This document shows positions 11,801 through 27,027 of a stretch of DNA of 64,000 nucleotides, piece after piece. The first letter of the stretch is position 1, and every line of letters starts with the position of its first letter. The DNA lies in assembly GCA_964016885.1 (NCBI GenBank), contig OZ024752.1:6944001-7008000 (forward strand), written 5' to 3'. Under the pieces are notes generated by a model. It was not told the origin of the DNA and did no database searches. It worked only from the letters and a program-made list of their open reading frames with translations. This DNA comes from Eledone cirrhosa (lineage: Eukaryota). The translations under genes were made by a program, and so were the position numbers.

Positions 11801-14800
11801 ACTAGACAACACTGTAGTCACTCTCTCTAACCACTAGACAACACTGTAGTCACTCTCTCTAACCACTAAACCATGTCACCACTAGACAACACTGTAGTCA
11901 CTCTCTCCAACCACTAAACCATGTCACCACTAGACAACACTGTAGTCACTCTCTCTAACCACTAAACCATGTCACCACTAGACAACACTGTAGTCACTCT
12001 CTCTAACCACTAAACTATGTCACCACTAGATAATACTGTAGTCACTCTCTCTAACCACTAAACTATGTCACCACTAGACAACACTGTAGTCACTCTCTCT
12101 AACCACTAAACTATGTCACCACTAGACAATACTGTAGTCACTCTCTCTAACCACTAAACTATGTCACCACTAGACAATACTGTAGTCACTCTCTCTAACC
12201 ACTAAACTATGTCACCACTAGACAACACTGTAGTCACTCTCTCTAACCACTAAACTATGTCACCACTAGACAATACTGTAGTCACTCTCTCTAACCACTA
12301 AACTATGTCACCACTAGACAATACTGTAGTCACTCTCTCTAACCATTAAACCATGTCACCACTAGACAGCACTGTAGTCACTCTCTCTAACCACTAAACT
12401 ATGTCACCACTAGACAACACTGTAGTCACTCTCTCTAACCACTAAACTATGTCACCACTAGACAATACTGTAGTCACTCTCTCTAACCACTAAACTATGT
12501 CACCACTAGACAATACTGTAGTCACTCTCTCTAACCATTAAACCATGTCACCACTAGACAGCACCTTAGTCACTCTCTCTAACCACTAAACTATGTCACC
12601 ACTAGACAATACTGTAGTCACTCTCTCTAACCACTAAACTATGTCACCACTAGACAACACTGTAGTCACTCTCTCTAACCACTAAACTATGTCACCACTA
12701 GACAACACTGTAGTCACTCTCTCTAACCACTAAACTATGTCACCACTAGACAACACTGTAGTCACTCTCTCTAACCACTAAACTATGTCACCACTAGACA
12801 ACACTGTAGTCACTCTCTCTAACCACTAGACAACACTGTAGTCACTCTCTCTAACCACTAAACTATGTCACCACTAGACAACACTGTAGTCACTCTCTCT
12901 AACCACTAAACTATGTCACCACTAGACAATACTGTAGTCACTCTCTCTAACCACTAAACCATGTCACCACTAGACAACACTGTAGTCACTCTCTCTAACC
13001 ACTAAACTATGTCACCACTAGACAACACTATAGTCACTCTCTCTAACCACTAAACTATGTCACCACTAGACAACACTGTAGTCACTCTCTCTAACCACTA
13101 AACTATGTCACCACTAGACAATACTATAGTCACTCTCTCTAACCACTAAACTATGTCACCACTAGACAATACTATAGTCACTCTCTCTAACCACTAAACT
13201 ATGTCACCACTAGACAATACTGTAGTCACTCTCTCTAACCACTAAACCATGTCACCACTAGACAATACTGTAGTCACTCTCTCTAACCACTAAACCATGT
13301 CACCACTAGACAATACTGTAGTCACTCTCTCTAACCAGTAAACCATGTCACCACTAGACAATACTGTAGTCACTCTCTCTAACCACTAAACCATGTCACC
13401 ACTAGACAATACTGTAGTCACTCTCTCTAACCACTAGACAATACTGTAGTCACTCTCTCTAACCACTAAACTATGTCACCACTAGACAATACTGTAGTCA
13501 CTCTCTCTAACCACTAAACCATGTCACCACTAGACAATACTGTAGTCACTCTCTCTAACCAGTAAACCATGTCACCACTAGACAATACTGTAGTCACTCT
13601 CTCTAACCACTAAACCATGTCACCACTAGACAATACTGTAGTCACTCTCTCTAACCACTAGACAATACTGTAGTCACTCTCTCTAACCACTAAACCATGT
13701 CACCACTAGACAATACTGTAGTCACTCTCTCTAACCACTAAACCATGTCACCACTAGACAATACTATAGTCACTCTCTCTAACCACTAAACTATGTCACC
13801 ACTAGACAATACTGTAGTCACTCTCTCTAACCACTAAACCATGTCACCACTAGACAATACTGTAGTCACTCTCTCTAACCACTAAACTATGTCACCACTA
13901 GACAATACTGTAGTCACTCTCTCTAACCACTAGACAACACTGTAGTCACTCTCTCTAACCACTAAACCATGCTACCACTAGACAACATTGTAGTCACTCT
14001 CTCTAACCACTAAACTATGTCACCACTAGACAACACTGTAGTCACTCTCTCTAACCACTAAACTATGTCACCACTAGACAACACTGTAGTCACTCTCTCT
14101 AACCACTAAACTATGTCACCACTAGACAACACTGTAGTCACTCTCTCTAACCACTAAACTATGTCACCAGTAGACAACACTGTAGTCACTCTCTCTAACC
14201 ACTAAACTATGTCACCACTAGACAATACTATAGTCACTCTCTCTAACCACTAAACTATGTCACCACTAGACAATACTGTAGTCACTCTCTCTAACCACTA
14301 AACCATGTCACCACTAGATAATACTGTAGTCACTCTCTCTAACCACTAAACCATGTCACCACTAGACAACACTGTAGTCACTCTCTAACCACTAGACAAC
14401 ACTGTAGTCACTCTCTCTAACCACTAAACTATGTCACCACTAGACAATACTATAGTCACTCTCTCTAACCACTAAACTACGTCACCACTAGACAACACTG
14501 TAGTCACTCTCTCTAACCACTAAACCATGTCACCACTAGACAACACTGTAGTCACTCTCTCTAACCACTAAACTATGTCACCACTAGACAATACTGTAGT
14601 CACTCTCTCTAACCACTAAACTATGTCACCACTAGACAATACTGTAGTCACTCTCTCTAACCATTAAACCATGTCACCACTAGACAACACTGTAGTCACT
14701 CTCTCTAACCACTAAACTATGTCACCACCAGACAACACTGTAGTCACTCTCTCTAACCACTAAACTATGTCACCACTAGACAACACTGTAGTCACTCTCT

Positions 14801-16253
14801 CTAACCACTAGACAACACTGTAGTCACTCTCTCTAACCACTAGACAACACTGTAGTCACTCTCTCTAACCACTAAACTATGTCACCACTAGACAACACTG
14901 TAGTCACTCTCTCTAACCACTAAACTATGTCACCACTAGACAACACTGTAGTCACTCTCTCTAACCACTAAACTATGTCACCACTAGACAATACTGTAGT
15001 CACTCTCTCTAACCACTAAACCATGTCACCACTAGACAATACTGTAGTCACTCTCTCTAACCACTAAACCATGTCACCACTAGACAACACTGTAGTCACT
15101 CTCTCTAACCACTAAACCATGTCACCACTAGACAACACTGTAGTCACTCTCTCTAACCACTAAACTATGTCACCACTAGACAACACTGTAGTCACTCTCT
15201 CTAACCACTAAACTATGTCACCACTAGACAACACTGTAGTCACTCTCTCTAACCACTAGACAACACTGTAGTCACTCTCTCTAACCACTAAACTATGTCA
15301 CCACTAGACAACACTGTAGTCACTCTCTCTAACCACTAAACTATGTCACCACTAGACAATACTGTAGTCACTCTCTCTAACCACTAAACTATGTCACCAC
15401 TAGACAATACTGTAGTCACTCTCTCTAACCATTAAACCATGTCACCACTAGACAACACTGTAGTCACTCTCTCTAACCACTAAACTATGTCACCACTAGA
15501 CAACACTGTAGTCACTCTCTCTAACCACTAAACTATGTCACCACTAGACAACACTGTAGTCACTCTCTCTAACCACTAAATATATCACCACTAGACAACA
15601 CTGTAGTCACTCTCTCTAACCACTAAACTATGTCACCACTAGACAATACTGTAGTCACTCTCTCTAACCACTAAACCATGTCACCACTAGACAACACTGT
15701 AGTCACTCTCTCTAACCACTAAACTATGTCACCACTAGACAACAATGTAGTCACTCTCTCTAACCACTAAACTATGTCACCAGTAGACAACACTGTAGTC
15801 ACTCTCTCTAACCACTAAACTATGTCACCACTAGACAATACTATAGTCACTCTCTCTAACCACTAAACTATGTCCCTACTAGACAACACTGTAGTCACTC
15901 TCTCTAACCACTAAACTATGTCACCACTAGACAATACTATAGTCACTCTCTCTAACCACTAAACTATGTCACCACTAGACAACACTGTAGTCACTCTCTC
16001 TAACCACTAAACTATGTCACCACTAGACAACACTGTAGTCACTCTCTCTAACCACTAAACTATGTCACCACTAGACAACACTGTAGTCACTCTCTCTAAC
16101 CACTAGACAATACTGTAGTCACTCTCTCTAACCACTAGACAACACTGTAGTCACTCTCTCTAACCACTAAACTATGTCACCACTAGACAATACTGTAGTC
16201 ACTCTCTCTAACCACTAGACAACACTGTAGTCACTCTCTCTAACCACTAGACA
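8818..16253. repeat. 48-bp satellite, about 7.4 kb, with recurrent 31-bp deletion monomers
   Basis: Unit AACCACTAAACTATGTCACCACTAGACAAYACTGTAGTCACTCTCTCT; the short variant arises by deletion between the two internal ACCACTA words. Confidence 0.98.
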
Positions 16254-16656
16254 TTATATATAAAGACATCAATAGACAATACTGAGATTTTCACTTTAAT
16301 TAATCTAAATAAAAATATTTTCAAAGCCAGCAACAATCAACTTTTAAAATGTCGTTAATATCATCAAATCTAGGAATAGATACCAATACAGATTTGGAGA
16401 GAGAAGAAAAAACATAGTTTAACACATTGAACGGCAGATCAATCATTTTAATTGATAGAATTGGAATTTGTCTTTCTTGATTAGAACTTCAACACTTTAT
16501 CATGTAGGTCATTAGGATTTGGAAGTGTGTGTATATACACATATATATATATATATCATCATAAGTGGGGACGTAAAATGATGATGATGATGATATATAT
16601 AGGATTCTGAAGTTTGCGTGTATATATACTTGCAAACTTCCGAGAGTGTGTGTGTG

Positions 16657-16728
<72 letters not shown>

Positions 16729-16745
16729 TATATATATATATATAT

Positions 16746-16993
16746 ACTACCTTGATTAAATCTTAACCATTTAACATCTCAGGGTATATCATGTATCATT
16801 ATATTTTGTCTGATGAGGACGTACTGTTGTACATCCGAAATATGTATAATAAAATGTAATTGATCAAAAGAATATCTATTTTATTAATATTTATATTTTA
16901 TTATTAATAACTCCGGAAAATTATTTTAGTGCTTCCAATCTACTGTAAAACTCATTCTTTGACATAATCATTGAATATCGTTTAACACTTTAA
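16746..16993 (+). mobile_element. Family H1 short element, uninverted copy, with hammerhead at 16803-16855
   Basis: Closely matches 7571-7815; ATTTTGT-CTGATGA-stem II-GAAA-TATGTA-TA-ATAAAAT; (TA)n flanks. Confidence 0.85.
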
Positions 16994-17144
16994 TATATAT
17001 ACTTGTGTATAATGGTAGCTATAGTGCTTCCATGGGCGGTATGCCAAAATTAGCACTCAATAGTCATACAGAGTGTGGATAGTATAAAAAATCGAAAAAT
17101 CAAATCATTGATGGATCAGAACCCAGTTTATTGCATGTTACAAT

Positions 17145-17203
<59 letters not shown>

Positions 17204-17364
17204 GCCGGGGCATACATACACAGTGACATACATACGTATATATATATACACACACAAACCCACACACGCAGTGATATAAATACTAACACATATACATACT
17301 GATATACATACATATATATATATATCATCATCATCATCATTTAACGTCCATCTTCCACGCTAGC

Positions 17365-17407
<43 letters not shown>

Positions 17408-17413
<6 letters not shown>

Positions 17414-17829
17414 ATTAAATAAATGGAAACTATATTTATAAAACCACATTTATTTCATTATATATATTTCGGGGATATCATATTAACAATATGCTATGCC
17501 TTCCTCAGACAAAATACAATATAAACAGTTTTATAGATAAATAGATTCGACATACCGTTATAACACCGACTTCCATTCGAAGTCAGTATTATAACGGTAT
17601 GTCGAATCTATTTATCTATAAAACTGTTTATATTGTATTTTGTCTGAGGAAGGCATAGCATATTGTTAATATGATATCCCCGAAATATATATAATGAAAT
17701 AAATATGGTTTTATAAATATAGTTTCCATTTATTTAATATTGTAAATATACTCCAAATATTTGTCGAGTGCTTTTATATCAGTTATAAATATTTACTAGT
17801 TGTAACCCAACAATTTTAAATATAACTTT

Positions 17830-17831
<2 letters not shown>
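17408..17831 (+). mobile_element. Fold-back short element, family H2, with a hammerhead motif in both arms
   Basis: Near-perfect palindrome 17408-17744; hammerhead at 17637-17700 (CTGAGGA...GAAA-TATATA-TA); unique tail containing GAGTGCT; (TA)n flanks. Confidence 0.85.
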
Positions 17832-18867
<1,036 letters not shown>

Positions 18868-18944
18868 TATCGACAGTCGATCGACTTTCGTCAAATCGGA
18901 CCGAGGAAACAATGTTTCCATTGGTCTTTCCAATTGCTAATACT

Positions 18945-19090
18945 ATCTATCGGTCGCAACTCCAGGTAGAAGGAGCAACGTGAAATAAAGTGTCTTGCTC
19001 AAGGACATAACGCATCGCCCGGTTCGGGATTCGAACTCACAACCTCACGATTGTGAATCCAGTTCTCTAACAACTAAGCCACGCGCCTCC
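18945..19090 (-). mobile_element. tRNA-derived SINE, family B (CORE-like central domain)
   Basis: Reverse complement has A-box GTGGCTTAGTTGTT, B-box GAGTTCGAATCCC, then TGTCCTTGAGCAAGACACTT; second copy at 55206-55350 (+). Confidence 0.85.
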
Positions 19091-19261
<171 letters not shown>

Positions 19262-19267
19262 CATACA

Positions 19268-19325
<58 letters not shown>

Positions 19326-19487
19326 TACATATATATATATATACATACATACAAAGTGACACACACAGCCAAGTGTTTTCAATAACACAAAAGAAGCAAT
19401 CAATTACGTCTTTAACAGTAATTCTCACCTTAAGGTTTTTATTTTATTGTTCTGGTAACTTTATTGATATAATAACACAAAGATTAA

Positions 19488-19525
19488 CTTAAAACATATA
19501 TATATTCATATACACATTAAAACAT

Positions 19526-19556
<31 letters not shown>

Positions 19557-20095
19557 CACATTAAAACATACATATATATATATATATACACATTAAAACA
19601 TACATATATATATATACACATTAAAACATACATATATATATATATATACACATTAAAACATACATATATATATATACACATTAAAACATACATATATATA
19701 TATATATATATACACATTAAAACATACATATATATATATATATATACACATTAAAACATACATATATATATATATACACATTAAAACATACACATATATA
19801 TACACATTAAAACATACACATATATATACACATTAAAACATACACATATATATATATACACACATTAAAACATACACATATATATATATACACACATTAA
19901 AACATACATATATACATATATACATATACATATACACATTAAAACATACATATATATATATATATACATATACACATTAAAACATATATATATGTATATA
20001 TATATATATACATATACACATTAAAACATATATATATATACATATACACATTAAAACATATATATATATACACATTAAAACATACATATATACAT
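19488..20095. repeat. Minisatellite ACACATTAAAACATAC(AT)n
   Basis: Direct inspection. Confidence 0.9.
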
Positions 20096-20215
20096 ACACA
20101 CACACACATCTTTAAAAAAAGCGATACACACATAGATCTTAAAACAGCCATAAACACAGAGGAAGAGAGAGATGCACAGGAACACACACACATTATATAT
20201 ATATATATATATATA

Positions 20216-20389
20216 GAGGAGAAAGTATGACTCCGACGGCAGAGCTCAAGCCGTTTCGACAGCTATTTCTGGACTTCTGAGCTCTGCCATCGGGGTCATA
20301 CATTTTCCTATTACCCATTCTACTACCCTAAGTATTGAGTACTCTGGTGCGTTATGGTCCATCTAATTCTTTACCACAACTCCTCCGTT
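20216..20389 (+). mobile_element. Family P fold-back short element
   Basis: Inverted 5' part, tail with TTGAGTACT, (TA)n flanks. Confidence 0.75.
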
Positions 20390-20400
20390 ATATATATATA

Positions 20401-20901
20401 CAGGTTGGACAAAATAATGGAAACACCTAGCATTATAGCATCATAATTTTTCAAATATCTATAAAACCGTCAAAAGCTTGTTTATTTTTATGGGTTTTTT
20501 TATTTATTATTAGTGTTGCTTAATATGTTTCATTAAAATGACAGATCTATCGGACTTTGAAAGAGGTCAAATTGTTGGTGCTCGTATGGCAGGCGCTAGC
20601 GTAACGAAAACAGCCGAAATGTTTGGTGTATCAAGAAGTAGTCTCCAAAGTAATGACAGCCTTTGAGAAAGAGGGAAAAACCTCCTCGTCGAAACAAAAC
20701 TCCGGAAGAAAACCAAAACTTTCAGATAGGGACCATCGGACTCTTACGCGAAAGGATCACAAAAGTACAGCTCCCCAAATTACTGCAGAGCTTAATGACC
20801 ACCTCGAGAACACTAAAAATAAACAAGCTTTTGACGGTTTTATAGATATTTCAAAATTATGATGCTATGATGCTAGGTGTTTCCATTATTTTGTCCAACC
20901 C

Positions 20902-20904
<3 letters not shown>
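20401..20904 (+). mobile_element. Internally deleted Tc1-type DNA transposon
   Basis: TIRs of about 85 bp (CAGG..TTGGACAAAATAATGGAAACACC) in TA context; from ATG 20538 it reads MTDLSDFERGQIVGARMAGASVTKTAEMFGVSRS, then after a frameshift VSKVMTAFEKEGKTSSSKQNSGRKPKLSDRD (Tc1 HTH region); the DDE domain is absent. Confidence 0.92.
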
Positions 20905-20937
<33 letters not shown>

Positions 20938-21134
20938 TGAAGTAAAAGTTAGGTGGAAATAGAGTACTCAATGGAGTAAGAGCACTCAATCCATAGGACG
21001 AGTTTAGTAGAAATAATTACAACAGTGACATAAACAGGTACTTAGGTTTCGTTGGGTTCTGGGCCCTAATTCGTTCAGCCTGTCATGACAGAACCCAACG
21101 AAACTTGAGAACCTGTTTATGTCACTGTTGTAAT

Positions 21135-21135
<1 letters not shown>
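20938..21135 (-). mobile_element. Fold-back short element, family H4, with hammerhead-like motif at 21035-21082
   Basis: Reverse complement reads CAGG-CTGAACGA-stem II-GAAAC-CTAA-GTA-CCTG; inverted arms at about 21014-21061 and 21089-21136. Confidence 0.7.
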
Positions 21136-21165
<30 letters not shown>

Positions 21166-21430
21166 GTAGAACACTGGAAGGTAATATCCGTAGTGGTAGA
21201 GCACTCAGTCCATGGGACGAGCGAGTTAGGTAGAAGTATATATAATATTGTATACAAAATCACTGACAGAGACCCCATTAATCTAAAATATGAAAACTTC
21301 ACAAGTATGTTACCCTAATGTCAGAGTCTTAGTTAAGCAATCTAATACTAGAAGACTTCACTAAATTCTCTTTTAAGATGTTTTATATGCAGTTGCTTCT
21401 CTCAATTAGATTTATTTTTGAGATGTTATG

Positions 21431-21831
21431 TACGAGGGTAATCCCAAAAGTAAGGTGTCCTTCCGATATTGCAACTTTTCCGTTAAAATCATGTGGATGG
21501 TGCTTCGGGAAATCCCAGGAACCAAAATGCAGAGAGCATCCAGAGTGATCTGCCGATCTTTACGCATGTTTTCCTTGGAAGGAGACCTTACTTTTAGGGA
21601 TTGCCCTCGTATATAATAACTGCGCGAAATTCACACTTGGCGGTAGCGTTCAACGGGAGCTCCATTCTCAACGGCTGCCAAGCCAAGATTGAGCATCCCA
21701 GCAAAGCGCGCACATGGTTATTTGGGAGTGAAGGAAGCACCAATCACAACAGTGTTGCCAGCAGCCATACGAACAGTTTCTCTGCGTCCCCATCGCTTTG
21801 GAGACCTTACTTTTGGGATTACCCTCGCATA
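21431..21831. mobile_element. Mariner-type MITE (21431-21611) plus an additional right-end fragment
   Basis: TIR TACGAGGGTAATCCCAAAAGTAAGGT / ACCTTACTTTTAGGGATTGCCCTCGTA with TA TSD; a third TIR at about 21800-21831. Confidence 0.85.
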
Positions 21832-22562
21832 TTGGAGACAAATTTACTTATGTCTGATATATATATAGACTGCTTACAGACATACACATAAATACACACA
21901 CACATACATGCGTATACATACGATATATATAGACTGTTTACAGGCTATTCTTCGAAAACAAATCTTCAAAATAAGATATCTTTGACAAGCAAAAACTTCA
22001 CAGTAGAATACTTTCAACAGAACAATTACTTTGAATCATAAATTTTGGACTTATTTAAAAAAACAAGCAAGTTTGAATATCTCTCTCTCCCTCTCGACAG
22101 TTTATGTAGATCATTTTAATAACAATATACTTCAAAAATACAAAGCTGGTGCCAAACGTCTGAAGAACCTGGTCACCTCATTTGATGATTCAACCAATAT
22201 ATTAGACTATTTATGTGGTATTGGACACAACCTCAGATTCTAATAAAAGTTTTAGTGATTTTGATTTTCAATAAAATTTAGCATGACAATTGCTTTAGAT
22301 TTTTTATTGTATTAATAAATATTCTTGATGACACTGGTTTTAATTACCGTTTTATACAGATTATTGCCCAATCTTGTATTCAAAGAAGGTGTAGGAAACC
22401 AACTTTTCGAGGTTTTGATTTTCTGAGTAAAATACTTTCAAAGTGAAGACACTTCGAAAGTATCAGATTTTGAAGAAATGTGCTTGAAGATAAGTGTGTA
22501 AATAATATAGATACACACAGATACAGAATCAAAGAAAAACATATACAGGAAGGACCAAATAC

Positions 22563-23125
22563 AGACAAATGTCATACACATATATATACACAAATGCCAT
22601 ACATATATATGCACAAATGTCATACACATATATACACAAATGGCATACATATATATATATATACACAAATGCCATACATATATATACACACAAATGCCAT
22701 ATATATATACACAAATGCCATACATATATATATATATATACACAAATGCCATACATATATATATATATATACACAAATGCCATACATATATATATATACA
22801 CACAAATGCCATACATATATATACACACAAATGCCATACATAAATATATACAAATGGCATACATATATATACACACAAATGCCATACATATATATATACA
22901 AATGGCATACATATATATACACACAAATGCCATACATATATATACACACAAATGCCATACATATATATACACACAAATGACATACATATATATACACACA
23001 AATGCCATACATATATATACACACAAATACCATACATATATATACACACAAATGGCATACATATATATACACACAAATGCCATACATATATATACACACA
23101 AATGCCATACATATATATACACAAG
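22563..23125. repeat. Minisatellite CACAAATGCCATAC(AT)n
   Basis: Direct inspection; explains the overlapping ORFs in 22438-23365. Confidence 0.92.
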
Positions 23126-23147
23126 GTATACATATATACACTCAAAG

Positions 23148-23186
<39 letters not shown>

Positions 23187-23233
23187 ATATGAAGCCATAA
23201 CTCCTGATGAAGTTTCAGAGGTACCATACTGAC

Positions 23234-23291
23234 GTAGAGTTTGTTGGCCATGTTAAAACCTGGTGGAGCCCATCTCCTGTCTACACCATTT
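23234..23291 (-). CDS. Candidate internal exon (NGVDRRWAPPGFNMANKLY)
   Basis: Long pyrimidine tract plus AAG acceptor, GTCAGT donor, open frame, apparently unique sequence; protein not recognised. Confidence 0.3.
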
Positions 23292-23594
23292 CTTAGAGAA
23301 AGGGAGAGAGAGAGTGAGAGAAAGGGAGAGAGAGAGTGAGAGGTAGTGAGAGAGAGAGAGAGCAAGAATCGACCCCAGTATTAGACTGGTACTTTTTTTT
23401 TATTGACCTTGATGAAAGGTAAAGTTGACCTCAAATGTAAAACAGTGATGGGGGGGGGGTGATTAAATCAACACCAGTGTCTTACTGGTACTTGATTTTA
23501 ACCCCTCATAAGGAGGATGAAAAGCAAAGCTAACCCCGGTGTGGTTTGAACTTATACTGTAAAGTGATGATGATGATGATGATGATGATACTAA

Positions 23595-24252
23595 GCCACA
23601 CACAGCCATACACACACATGCAGTCATATACACACACACACAGAGCCATATACATACCCACAGCCATACATACACACAGCCATACACTCATGCAGTCATA
23701 CACACAGAGCCATATACATACCCACAGCCATACACACACACACACACACACAGCCATACATACACACAGCCATACACTCATGCAGTCATACACACAGCCA
23801 TATACATACCCACAGCCATACACACACACACACACACACAGCCATACATACACACAGCCATACACTCATGCAGTCATATACACACACACACAGCCATATA
23901 CATACCCACAGCCATACACACACACACACACACACAGCCATACACTCATGCAGTTATATACACACAGAGCCATATACATACCCACACACACACAGCCATA
24001 CATACAGGTATACACACAACACACACAGTTATATACATACACACACACAGGTATACACACATCACACACACAGTCATATACATACACACCCACAGCCATA
24101 CATACAGTCATACACACAACACACACACAGTTATATACATACACACACAGGTATACACACAGTCATACATACACACCCACAGCCATACATACAGTCATAC
24201 ACACACAGTCATATACATACACACACACAGGTAAACAGACACACACACACAC
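23595..24252. repeat. CA-rich minisatellite (CAGCCATACAC variants)
   Basis: Direct inspection. Confidence 0.9.
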
Positions 24253-24406
24253 AGAAGACAGGATGACAAATGTCAAGATATGGTACTCATGAATAAAATA
24301 TTTAATTTGAATAATTTATAAAACTGGTCCAAAGATTAGTGAAGTGAGAAGTGTTTAACAGCACAACTTAACCTGATTTTACAACTGATACCTTAATAGG
24401 TTTATC

Positions 24407-26635
24407 TAGCCTCCTATAAAGTATCTCATAGCCTCCTATAGTTGTATCTTATAGCTTCCTATAAAGTATCTCATAGCCTCCTACAGTTGTATCTTATAGC
24501 CTCCTATAAAGTATCTCATAGCCTCCTATAGTTGTATCTTATAGCTTCCTATAAAGTATCTCATAGCCTCCTACAGTTGTATCTTATAGCCTCCTATAAA
24601 GTATCTCATAGCCTCCTATAGTTGTATCTTATAGCTTCCTATAAAGTATCTCATAGCCTCCTACAGTTATCTTATAGCCTCCTATAAAGTATCTCATAGC
24701 CTCCTATAGTTGTATCTTATAGCTTCCTATAAAGTATCTCATCGCCTCCTATAGTTGTATCTTATAGCTTCCTATAAAGTATCTCATAGCCTCCTATAGT
24801 TGTATCTTATAGCTTCCTATAAAGTATCTCATAGCCTCCTATAGTTGTATCTTATAGCTTCCTATAAAGTATCTCATAGCCTCCTATAGTTGTATCTTAT
24901 AGCTTCCTATAAAGTATCTCATAGCCTCCTATAGTTGTATCTTATAGCCTCCTATAAAGTATCTCATCGCCTCCTATAGTTGTATCTTATAGCTTCCTAT
25001 AAAGTATCTCATAGCCTCCTATAGTTGTATCTTATAGCTTCCTATAAAGTATCTCATCGCCTCCTATAGTTGTATCTTATAGCTTCCTATAAAGTATCTC
25101 ATCGCCTCCTATAGTTGTATCTTATAGCTTCCTATAAAGTATCTCATAGCCTCCTATAGTTGTATCTCATAGCCTCCTATAGTTGTATCTTATAGCCTCC
25201 TATAAAGTATCTCATAGCCTCCTATAAAGTATCTCATAGCCTCCTATAGTTGTATCTTATAGCCTCCTATAAAGTATCTCATAGCCTCCTATAGTTGTAT
25301 CTTATAGCCTCCTATAAAGTATCTCATAGCCTCCTATAGTTGTATCTTATAGCCTCCTATAAAGTATCTCAGCCTCCTACAGTTATCTTATAGCCTCCTA
25401 TAAAGTATCTCATAGCCTCCTATAGTTGTATCTTATAGCCTCCTATAAAGTATCTCATAGCCTCCTATAAAGTATCTCATAGCCTCCTATAGTTGTATCT
25501 TATAGCCTCCTATAAAGTATCTCATAGCCTCCTACAGTTGTATCTTATAGCCTCCTATAAAGTATCTCATAGCCTCCTATAGTTGTATCTTATAGCCTCC
25601 TACAGTTGTATCTTATAGCCTCCTATAAAGTATCTCAGCCTCCTACAGTTGTATCTTATAGCCTCCTATAAAGTATCTCATAGCCTCCTATAGTTGTATC
25701 TTATAGCCTCCTATAGTTGTATCTCATAGCCTCCTATAAAGTATCTCATAGCCTCCTACAGTTGTATCTTATAGCCTCCTATAGTTGTATATTATAGCCT
25801 CCTATCTCATAGCCTCCTATAGTTGTATTTCATAGCCTCCTATAGTTGTATCTTATAGCTTCCTATAAAGTATCTCATAGCCTCCTATAGTTGTATCTTA
25901 TAGCCTCCTATAAAGTATCTCATAGCCTCCTACAGTTGTATCTTATAGCCTCTTATAAAGTATCTCATAGCCTCCTATAGTTGTATCTTATAGCCTCCTA
26001 TAAAGTATCTCATAGCCTCCTATAGTTGTATCTTATAGCCTCCTATAAAGTATCTCATAGCCTCCTATAGTTGTATTTCATAGTCTCCTATAGTTGTATC
26101 TCATAGCCTCCTATAAAGTATCTCATAGCCTCCTACAGTTGTATCTTATAGCCTCCTATAGTTGTATCTTATAGCCTCCTATAAAGTATCTCATAGCCTC
26201 CTATAGTTGTATTTCACAGTCTCCTATAGTTGTATCTTATAGCTTCCTATAAAGTATCTCATAGCCTCCTACAGTTGTATCTTATAGTCTCCTTTAAAGT
26301 ATCTCATAGCCTCCTATAGTTGTATTTCACAGTCTCCTATAGTTGTATCTTATAGCTTCCTATAAAGTATCTCATAGCCTCCTACAGTTGTATCTTATAG
26401 CCTCCTATAAAGTATCTCATAGCCTCCTATAAAGTATCTCAGCCTCCTATAAAGTATCTCATAGCCTCCTATAAAGTATCTCATAACCTCCTATAAAGTA
26501 TCTCATAACCTCCTATAGTTGTATCTCATAGCCTCCTATAAAGTATCCCATAGCCTCCTATAGTTGTACCTCATAACCTCCTATAAAGTAACTCAGTCTC
26601 CTATAGCATATGTCATAACCTCCTATAAAGTATTT
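24407..26635. repeat. 22/23-bp satellite, frequently as a 45-bp dimer
   Basis: Alternating AGCCTCCTATAAAGTATCTCAT and AGCCTCCTATAGTTGTATCTTAT. Confidence 0.97.
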
Positions 26636-26681
26636 CATTTCAGAGCAAGTTTCTTTAATAATAGGGTCAACAGCCCTATTA

Positions 26682-26897
26682 TTAACCCTTTAGCATTTAA
26701 ACCAGCCATATCCAGCCAGAATTCTCTCACCTCTTTCTGTTCAAACCGGCCATAACTGGCCCCTCATACTGATGTTAAGGTATTGTTCTCAAAATAAATA
26801 ATATTAAATTCTCATAGATTCGATATTATGTGAGATAAAGCATTTACCATGAAAATATAATAATAAATATAGAGTAATGTAAATGTTAAAGGGTTAA
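26682..26897 (-). mobile_element. piggyBac-type MITE, family M1
   Basis: TTAA-CCCTTTAGCATTTA...TAAATGTTAAAGGG-TTAA; copies at 29900-30127 and 56395-56619. Confidence 0.88.
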
Positions 26898-27027
26898 AGC
26901 AAGGAGCCCAAGTTGTTGACCTCCTCGTGGTTGACAACTGCTCACAGATCTCAACCAGAGGAATGACAACAATCTGAGACAGCCACAGTCTCATGAAGAA
27001 GAAGAAAAAGATGTAAAGCAACATGAA

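Noticed and set aside
19015-19090. tRNA gene
   Set aside because: A and B boxes are present but continue into SINE body sequence, with a diverged copy at 55206; this is a tRNA-derived SINE head.
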